A stretch of DNA of 45,371 bases from Myxococcota bacterium. Lineage in GTDB: Bacteria; Myxococcota; JACRCW01. The notes under the pieces were generated by a model. The model was not told the DNA's origin. It did no database searches and worked only from the letters and a program-made list of their open reading frames with translations. The stretch covers positions 1 to 45,371 of the forward strand of contig JBFMGU010000062.1 in the NCBI GenBank assembly GCA_040752415.1, given 5' to 3'. The position numbers and the translations under genes were made by a program. Below, piece by piece: positions 38,891 through 45,371 of this stretch (positions are counted from its first letter, which is position 1; every line of letters starts with the position of its first letter).

Positions 38891-41302
38891 ATGCCTGAGA
38901 TCCGCAATCCCATCCAGCGCTTCTTCTGGGACAACCTCACCCGCGGCGGTCTCGACCTCGTCGACGCCAACCGCGTGGATGAGCTCATCAACCACGTCAA
39001 GCAGAACAAGGTCACGGAGACGGAGGCCCGTCCCGCTTCCGCCGGTGAGGCGCAGGAGATCGACACCTTCGAGAAGGGCGCCCTCAAGCACCTCCTCGAC
39101 GACAACAACTGGCGCAACCTGCTCACCGACGACGGCGTCAAGAAGCTGGAGCAGGTGCTGGGCATCCGCAGCACCACGGTGCGCGCGGGCACCGGTCGCG
39201 ACGCGGTGGGGGAGGTCCCCAAGGGCACGGTGCAGGGCAACTTCACGCGCCACATCGGCACGCAGAACATCAAGCTGGAGCACACCGCGGCGCTGTTCAA
39301 CTACGAGTACAACCAGCGCAAGGCGGAGTTCGACAACCCGCGCGTCCCGCAGGAGGACCGCGCCAAGCAGCTGCTGTTCCTCCTGCAGGACTACGCGCAG
39401 GTGCTCAACAACGCGGGCAGCGGCCCGGAGGTGGTGAGCCAGCGCCAGGAGCTGCTGAAGGCGTTCTTCGACAAGCCGCTGGCCGGCGTCTTCGGCAGCA
39501 AGGACCCCGACGACGACCTCATGAGCACGGCGTGGGAGATTGTCTGGGGCACCGACCCGGAGCGTGCGCAGAGCAGCTTCAACGTCGACAACAGCCGCTC
39601 CTGGACGGCGTACATGAGCATGAACGGCGAGTTCGTGCCCATGGCGAAGAAGCTGGACGAGCTGCTGGCCGCGAGCGGCAAGCCGGCCAAGGTGGAGGCG
39701 TTCGAGAAGCGCAGCCCGCTCAACTGGATCGTCAACGAGCAGACGGGCAACACCAAGCCCAGCAGCTATTTCAACGAGTCCACCGCCATCAAGAGCACCG
39801 GCGTGGACTTCGCGGTGAAGCTGCTCAGCAATGAAGGCTCCGTGGGGAACCGCACGCTCGACCCCAGCGTGGACCTCAAGGTGGACTTCTACGCGTGGGG
39901 CAACTTCGTCACCCTCAACAAGCAGGCGGGCGAGAAGCTGGTGGCCCTCCACGACGACACCAAGCAGCCCCTGAAGGTGGAGATGGAGGCCGTGGGGGAG
40001 CACCACTGGAAGCCGGTGTTCAAGGACGCGGCCGGCGCCGTGGTGGACCCGGGCAAGGTCACCGCGGTGATCCAGGACCGCGCCGGCAAGGTGAAGGGCG
40101 ACGGACAGGCCACCGGTTCCTACAGCGCCTCCTGGTGGGGCTTCTGCGACCGCAACGCCATGCAGGGCCTGGTGACGTTGAAGTACGGCTTCCCGCAGCC
40201 GCAGAAGGACGTGACGCTGAAGGTGGGCGACAAGGAGTTCACGTTCTCGGCGTCGGAGATCCGGCTCATGGTGGGGCGTCGACTCACCGAGCTGTTCCCG
40301 GAGACCAACCAGGCCGGCAACCGCTACGACGAGGAGCCCGACGAGATCCACCTCAAGGACGGCAGCGCACTGGCCGGTAAGATCAGCAGCGAGGTCAGCT
40401 TCTACCGCCCGGAGACCTACCGCACCGGCGACACCATGGTGGTCACCGGCGACAACGCGGGCGCGGTGAAGAGCAGCCTGCTCCTCGACGTGGGCGGGCA
40501 GCCGCGCGAGATCAACGTCGCGGACATCGTGGAGGTGCGTCGCTCGTCGGTGAGCGGGGTGGGCGCGCGCGCCGGAGTGCAGGACAAGCTGGTCCTCAAG
40601 GATGGCAGCGAGGTGACCGGCACGCTGAAGAGCAAGCTGAGCTTTGCCAAGGCCACGCGCGAGGCGGATGGCACCATGGTGCTCAAGAACACCGAGGCCA
40701 CCCCGCTCAGCGGCGACGTCAAGATGACCACCACGCGCGGCGAGGAGAAGCGCGTCAGCCTGCAGGACATCAAGTACCTGGTGCGTGAGGACGTCAACGA
40801 GATCCTGGCCGAGGAGGCGCTCAGCTACATCATCCGCAACCAGGGCGTGTTCTGCGCGGACAGCTGGACGGCTTCCAGCGTGGCCAACGGGACGCGCACC
40901 ATCGAGGAGATCAACCGCTGGAAGGCGGGTGACGTCGAGAAGCCGGACTGGATCCCGCAGGACCTCAACACCCTGGAAGGCTACCGCGGGCCGGTGAAGA
41001 ACCCCGAGAACCTGATGTTCTTCTCGCTGGGCAACAAGGGCAGCAGCTACGGCGGGCTCAAGTTCTGGATCGAGGTCGACGAGAACAAGATGCCCATCAA
41101 CAGCAAGATCATCAGCGGGCAGTGGGACTTCCTGTGGGGCGTGGAAGGCAAGCCCAACTGGGACGCGCCGGCCACGTTCAACCCGAATGTCCCCAATGAC
41201 CTCGTGCTGAAGCTGTACGTCAACAGCCTGGAGAACCCCGAGGCCATCAAGGACCTGCTCCCCGAGAACTGGCGCAGTCACGTGCTGACGCCGCCGCAGT
41301 GA
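38891..41302 (+). CDS. 803-aa protein with a transglutaminase-elicitor-like cysteine domain
   Basis: SWWGFC, PQPQKDVT..FTFSASEI, GNRY, EDVN..GVFCAD..VAN; TSP3-like DPDDDLMSTAWEIVWGTDP; strong RBS; CDS certain, function tentative. Confidence 0.6.
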   Translation: MPEIRNPIQRFFWDNLTRGGLDLVDANRVDELINHVKQNKVTETEARPASAGEAQEIDTFEKGALKHLLDDNNWRNLLTDDGVKKLEQVLGIRSTTVRAGTGRDAVGEVPKGTVQGNFTRHIGTQNIKLEHTAALFNYEYNQRKAEFDNPRVPQEDRAKQLLFLLQDYAQVLNNAGSGPEVVSQRQELLKAFFDKPLAGVFGSKDPDDDLMSTAWEIVWGTDPERAQSSFNVDNSRSWTAYMSMNGEFVPMAKKLDELLAASGKPAKVEAFEKRSPLNWIVNEQTGNTKPSSYFNESTAIKSTGVDFAVKLLSNEGSVGNRTLDPSVDLKVDFYAWGNFVTLNKQAGEKLVALHDDTKQPLKVEMEAVGEHHWKPVFKDAAGAVVDPGKVTAVIQDRAGKVKGDGQATGSYSASWWGFCDRNAMQGLVTLKYGFPQPQKDVTLKVGDKEFTFSASEIRLMVGRRLTELFPETNQAGNRYDEEPDEIHLKDGSALAGKISSEVSFYRPETYRTGDTMVVTGDNAGAVKSSLLLDVGGQPREINVADIVEVRRSSVSGVGARAGVQDKLVLKDGSEVTGTLKSKLSFAKATREADGTMVLKNTEATPLSGDVKMTTTRGEEKRVSLQDIKYLVREDVNEILAEEALSYIIRNQGVFCADSWTASSVANGTRTIEEINRWKAGDVEKPDWIPQDLNTLEGYRGPVKNPENLMFFSLGNKGSSYGGLKFWIEVDENKMPINSKIISGQWDFLWGVEGKPNWDAPATFNPNVPNDLVLKLYVNSLENPEAIKDLLPENWRSHVLTPPQ

Positions 41303-41395
41303 GCACGCTCGGCGCGGCCCGTTGACGTCGGTGGTGGACCCGCCCGGCGCTGGCCAGGGCGGCGAGGGCCCGCCGCACTCCAGGTCGAGGGCCGC

Positions 41396-41581
41396 TCAAG
41401 AATCCTTCCGCGCTTCGCCCTGACACGCCCGACACGCATGCGGCGCGGTGCGACCGGTGGCCCCGCAGTCCTCGCAGTCCCGCTGGAAACACTCGATCAC
41501 GCCCACCACGCCTTCTCCGCCGCACGTCGGGCAGAGCGTGGTGATGCCCTTGCCTTCACACACTTCGCAGGATGTGGACAT
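41396..41581 (-). CDS. 61-aa stand-alone DnaJ-type CXXCXGXG zinc-finger protein
   Basis: CEVCEGKG, CPTCGGEG, CEDCGATG, CRACQGE; RBS ggag. Confidence 0.75.
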   Translation of the reverse strand: MSTSCEVCEGKGITTLCPTCGGEGVVGVIECFQRDCEDCGATGRTAPHACRACQGEARKDS

Positions 41582-41767
41582 CCGCGCTCCAGAGATGCTC
41601 CCGGCAGCGTAGCAGGGCGCGTTCCTCCGGACGTTGCCGCGTCGACGTGGTGAAAGGTCGGAGCGCACGGTTAACAATTCTTCATCGCTGGTGGGGCACA
41701 TCCTTCACATTGGATCCGCATGTTGAGCGCCACAGTGACGCGGCGGTGCGCGTCGGGAGGATGCTCG

Positions 41768-42316
41768 ATGTTCGGCTTTCTGGTTGGCACGGTCTGCCTC
41801 GTTGGCCTCATCAAGGTGCTCCGGCATGGACGCTGGGCCCATCACGGGTGCGGCTACCACGGACACCACGGACACGGCGGATGCGGTGGCGGAGGTTGGG
41901 GGCGGTATCGTGGTCGCGGGTGGGGCGGTGAGGGCTGGCACGACGACGACGGACCCATCCTGATGCGCAGCATCTTCTCCTCGCTGAACCTGAGCGCGGA
42001 GCAGCGGGCGGCGGTGCGTGAGGCGCTGGAGGAATTCCAGCAGAGCACCAAGGCGTTGCGCGGAGAGGTGGCCGCCACGCGCAAGGACGTTGCCCGCGCC
42101 ATGCGTCACCCCTCCTTTGACGAGGAGGCGCTGGCCGAGGCCTTCGCGCGTCACGACGAGGTGATGGCGGAGTTCCGCAAGGCGCTCGTCGGTGCGTTGG
42201 CCAAGGTGCACGCCCCGCTGGACGAGGGACAGCGTGACCAGTTGGCGCAGCTCATTGAGTCCGGGCCCATGCCCTGGCGGTTGGCCCATGGCGGTGTTCC
42301 CGCGTTCGCGGCGTGA
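41768..42316 (+). CDS. Periplasmic heavy-metal sensor / Spy-CpxP-ZraP-like helical protein with a His/Gly-rich segment
   Basis: N-terminal TM, HHGCGYHGHHGHGG, LNLSAEQR and LDEGQR (LTXXQ-type motifs); RBS ggagg. Confidence 0.8.
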   Translation: MFGFLVGTVCLVGLIKVLRHGRWAHHGCGYHGHHGHGGCGGGGWGRYRGRGWGGEGWHDDDGPILMRSIFSSLNLSAEQRAAVREALEEFQQSTKALRGEVAATRKDVARAMRHPSFDEEALAEAFARHDEVMAEFRKALVGALAKVHAPLDEGQRDQLAQLIESGPMPWRLAHGGVPAFAA

Positions 42317-42328
42317 GAGGAGAGGACC

Positions 42329-42496
42329 ATGCGACGGAAACTGTTGATCGTGGCGCTGACGTTGGGGACGGTGGGCGGATACACGGCGGGATTCATGAGC
42401 CTGCGGTGTCACGCGCGGAGCTGCGGCGCGTACCAGAAACACTCACCGTGCGGCGGCTGGGACGCCGAGCGGGCGCCTTCCGCCGAGAGGCTGTGA
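42329..42496 (+). CDS. 55-aa single-TM small protein (not in the ORF track)
   Basis: MRRKLLIVALTLGTVGGYTAGFMSLRCHARSCGAYQKHSPCGGWDAERAPSAERL; RBS gaggagagga, 12 bp after the upstream stop. Confidence 0.7.
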   Translation: MRRKLLIVALTLGTVGGYTAGFMSLRCHARSCGAYQKHSPCGGWDAERAPSAERL

Positions 42497-42577
42497 TTCC
42501 CCCGACGCCTTTCGGGTGCCACCCCGCAAGGTTGGCAACGTGCGTGGCGTGGGCTGGTTGGGAGTGATGCGCGGTGA

Positions 42578-43222
42578 TCAACCACCGTCGGCCACGCCAC
42601 CGTCGGTGCAGCTGGCTGCCTGCAGCGGCGTGTCCCGCGTGAAGCGCACGGGAAAGTTCTCCGTCCGGGTGATGGTGCGCTCCAGCGGTGCGGTCTGCGT
42701 CTCCTTCCAAATCTCCACCTGGCCCACCAGCTCGGACTCGCCCGCGTTCCCCTCGAGGATCATCACGTAACGCACCTCGCAGAAGCGCTGGGGCGGTGCG
42801 GGTCGGCAACCAAACACCCGGCTCTGCACCACCAGCCGCGTGACGCCCGTGCGCGGGGAGACGTTGTCACCCAGGACGTGACGCGCGTCGTCGTCGCCGA
42901 GGATGAGCGTGCCGGTGGCCTGGCTGCGCTCCGGAGGCCAGAGCAGGGAATCCAGCACGCGCTCCTCTCCGTCGTAGGGGGTGGTGCGTTCCCAGGTCAC
43001 GGTGACGTCGGTGACGGTCTCATCCTGGTCTTCCACGCGCAGCGCGCTGTTCTCGCCTTCCGCGCGGCCGCTCTCCCGCCAGGTCCCCGCCAGGTCCATG
43101 GTCTGGCACAGGCTGCGGCTCCATTCCGCGCACATCTGTGGCGTCTCGCACTCCGTCACGCGGTAGCAGCCCCACGCGAACAGCGCGACGAGAACAGCTC
43201 CTCCGAGATGACGCAGGTGCAT
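42578..43222 (-). CDS. Hypothetical lipoprotein
   Basis: Hydrophobic leader ending AWGC; several cysteines. Confidence 0.55.
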   Translation of the reverse strand: MHLRHLGGAVLVALFAWGCYRVTECETPQMCAEWSRSLCQTMDLAGTWRESGRAEGENSALRVEDQDETVTDVTVTWERTTPYDGEERVLDSLLWPPERSQATGTLILGDDDARHVLGDNVSPRTGVTRLVVQSRVFGCRPAPPQRFCEVRYVMILEGNAGESELVGQVEIWKETQTAPLERTITRTENFPVRFTRDTPLQAASCTDGGVADGG

Positions 43223-43351
43223 GGCGCTCCAACGGAATGCGCCGGTTGTGACCATGTGCACTGGCGTACGTCAAGCGCGATGATCATGTTGTAGCCCACG
43301 GTGATGTCCGCGGCATGACAGCCGACAGACGGTTTGAGATAAGGCGCCCCC

Positions 43352-43882
43352 ATGACGTCCCAGAGCTTCTTCTCCGTCCTCCTCCGAGACTGGTTCCGCT
43401 TCCCGGTGGTGCTGCTGGCCGGCGCGTTGGCCGCTTCCTGCGGCACCGCGGGAGACAACAGCAACGAGCAGAAACAGGAGCAGCAGGCCAGCAACGACGA
43501 GACCCAGCTGGGCAAGGAGGTGCTGCGCCTTGTGAACGAGGAGCGCGCGGCGCAGGGCCTGGGCGCGCTGACCTGGAATGACGACGTGGCGAAGGTGGCC
43601 TACGACCACAGCGTCGACATGCAGGAGCGAAACTACTTCGACCACACCAACCCCGACGGCGACGGGCCGATGCAGCGCCTGGACAAGGCCGGGGTGAGCT
43701 ATTCCGCGGCGGGCGAGAACATTGCCCAGGGCTACCCCACGCCGGAAGAGGTGATGGCCGCGTGGATGAACAGCGAGGGGCACCGCGCCAACATCCTGCG
43801 CCCCGGGTTCACGCAGCTGGGCGTGGGCGTGCGCCAGGGCGAAGGCGGACCGTGGTGGACGCAGGTCTTCCGCACGCCGTGA
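43352..43882 (+). CDS. CAP/SCP-domain lipoprotein
   Basis: AASC lipobox, LVNEER, HSVDM..YFDH, GENIAQG, WMNSEGHRANIL, WTQVF. Confidence 0.93.
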   Translation: MTSQSFFSVLLRDWFRFPVVLLAGALAASCGTAGDNSNEQKQEQQASNDETQLGKEVLRLVNEERAAQGLGALTWNDDVAKVAYDHSVDMQERNYFDHTNPDGDGPMQRLDKAGVSYSAAGENIAQGYPTPEEVMAAWMNSEGHRANILRPGFTQLGVGVRQGEGGPWWTQVFRTP

Positions 43883-43886
43883 AGCC

Positions 43887-45116
43887 ATGAATCCAGGGCC
43901 CGCTGACGTCGGGGACAACGACGCGCGCGTGGAGCTGGTGCTGGCGCTGGGAGAGGCGCTGCACCGTCACGGCGCGCCCGCGCACCGGCTCGAGGAGGCG
44001 CTGGGCCTGGTGTCCGCGCGGCTGGGATTGGACGGGCGGTTCTTTGCCACGCCCACGTCGATCCTGGCGTCCTTTGGTCCGGTGGCCGCGCAGCGCACGA
44101 GCCTGGTGCGGGTGGAGCCGGGCGAGATGGACCTGGAGAAGCTGGCGCTGCTGCACGACGTCACCAGCGAGCTCATCGACGGTCGCCTGGACGTGACGAC
44201 AGCGCGGGCGCGGGTGGCGCGCATCCTCCAGTTCCAGTCGCGTTACGGCGCGTTGGTGACGGTGCTGAGCTACGGGCTGGCCTCGGCGGCCTCCGCGGTG
44301 TTCCTGGGCGGGACTCCCGTGGAGATTTCCGGCGCGTTGGGGCTGGGCATCGTGGTGGGGGTGATGGTGACGCTGGGCGTGGCGGTGGCGTCGTTGCGTC
44401 GCATCCTGGAGCCGCTGGCGGCGCTGGTGACCTCCGCGGGCGCCACGCTGCTGGCGCACCAGGTGGGCGGCGTGTCGGCGTACCTGGTGACGTTGGCGGG
44501 GGTGATTTCGCTGTTGCCCGGCCTCGGCGTGACCACGGCCATGACGGAGCTGGCATCTCGACATCTCATCTCCGGCACGGCGCGACTGGCCGGCGCGGTG
44601 GTGCACCTGCTGGGCCTGGGCGTGGGCGTGGCGCTGGGCGCGCGGGTGGGCATGCTGCTGCCCGGCGTCGAGGTGACGACGGAGAGCGGCACCTGGCCGC
44701 TGGGGTTGCTGGCGGCCGCGGTGGTGGGCGCCAGCGTGGGATTCATGGTGCAGGTGAAGGCGCCGCTGCGGGACACGCCGTGGATCGTCGGTACCGGGGC
44801 GTTGGCGTTCGCGGGCACGCGCGTGGGCTCGGTGGCGTTGGGCGCGGAGCTGGGGGCGTTCGTGGGTGCGTTCCTCGTCGCCGCGGCGAGCAACCTGTAC
44901 GCACGCGCGCTCAACCGTCCCGCCACCGTCACCCTGGTCCCGGCGATCCTGCTGCTGGTGCCGGGCAGCGTGGGGTTCCGCAGCGTGTTCTCCATGCTGG
45001 AGAAGCAGGTGGTCCCCGCCGTGGACGCTGCGTTCACCATGGTGCTGGTGGCCATCTCGCTGGTGGCGGGGTTGTTGGTGGCCAATGCCGCGGTGCCGCC
45101 GAGAAGACCGTTGTAG
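43887..45116 (+). CDS. Threonine/serine exporter ThrE family protein
   Basis: LHRHGAPAHRLEE, FFATPT, LLPGLG..ELA..ISGTAR, LLVPGS. Confidence 0.9.
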   Translation: MNPGPADVGDNDARVELVLALGEALHRHGAPAHRLEEALGLVSARLGLDGRFFATPTSILASFGPVAAQRTSLVRVEPGEMDLEKLALLHDVTSELIDGRLDVTTARARVARILQFQSRYGALVTVLSYGLASAASAVFLGGTPVEISGALGLGIVVGVMVTLGVAVASLRRILEPLAALVTSAGATLLAHQVGGVSAYLVTLAGVISLLPGLGVTTAMTELASRHLISGTARLAGAVVHLLGLGVGVALGARVGMLLPGVEVTTESGTWPLGLLAAAVVGASVGFMVQVKAPLRDTPWIVGTGALAFAGTRVGSVALGAELGAFVGAFLVAAASNLYARALNRPATVTLVPAILLLVPGSVGFRSVFSMLEKQVVPAVDAAFTMVLVAISLVAGLLVANAAVPPRRPL

Positions 45117-45340
45117 GACGCGGGAGAATGGTGTGACCAGGCGGCGAGGGCGACGAACACCCAAGGGGCTGCGTCAGAACAAGTTGGCCAATTCGGTCCG
45201 ATGCCCTCGAACACCTAACCCCCCACGTTCATGCCGTTCTGCACGCTCGCCCCCCTTCCCCAGTCCCGATTTTCCGTCGTCACCGAGCCGGGGAAGGGGG
45301 GCACTCGTTTGAGGCCAACGCGATTTGTCGTCGGAAAAGA

Positions 45341-45355
45341 GGTCAACCGTTGACC
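45341..45355. promoter_or_regulatory. 7-1-7 palindrome, possible operator
   Basis: GGTCAAC-C-GTTGACC in an intergenic region; contains TTGACC (-35-like) on both strands. Confidence 0.45.
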
Positions 45356-45371
45356 GATTGCCCCCCTTCCC

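Overview
High-GC bacterial chromosomal segment; the gene repertoire is Myxococcota/deltaproteobacterial in style (inference). It opens with parA-parB, preceded by REP-like repeats and non-canonical parS-like palindromes. A ~350-bp intergenic region with the hallmarks of a chromosomal replication origin follows (DnaA boxes, DnaA-trio-like run, 9 GATC), with no dnaA/dnaN next to it, and then gatCAB. The rest mixes housekeeping and transport genes (acs, mnmE, yqgE/algH, corA, sulP, a CopA-type ATPase, hsp20, thrE) with many lipoproteins and hypotheticals. Most notable: (1) a translationally coupled lipoprotein-cohesin plus dockerin-bearing M1 metallopeptidase pair, i.e. a possible cellulosome-type surface tether for a protease; (2) an oriC candidate detached from dnaA; (3) two tandem inverted-repeat-bounded elements, each carrying a different 21-bp TGTCA-N9-T(G/T)ACA array; (4) an 803-aa transglutaminase-elicitor-like protein with an altered catalytic motif; (5) a cluster of sigma54-type promoters in front of CBS, hemerythrin-like and hypothetical genes; (6) several zinc-finger microproteins and one small gene absent from the ORF track. 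No rRNA, tRNA, CRISPR array or transposase was recognised. All family assignments come from motif recognition by eye, not from database searches.
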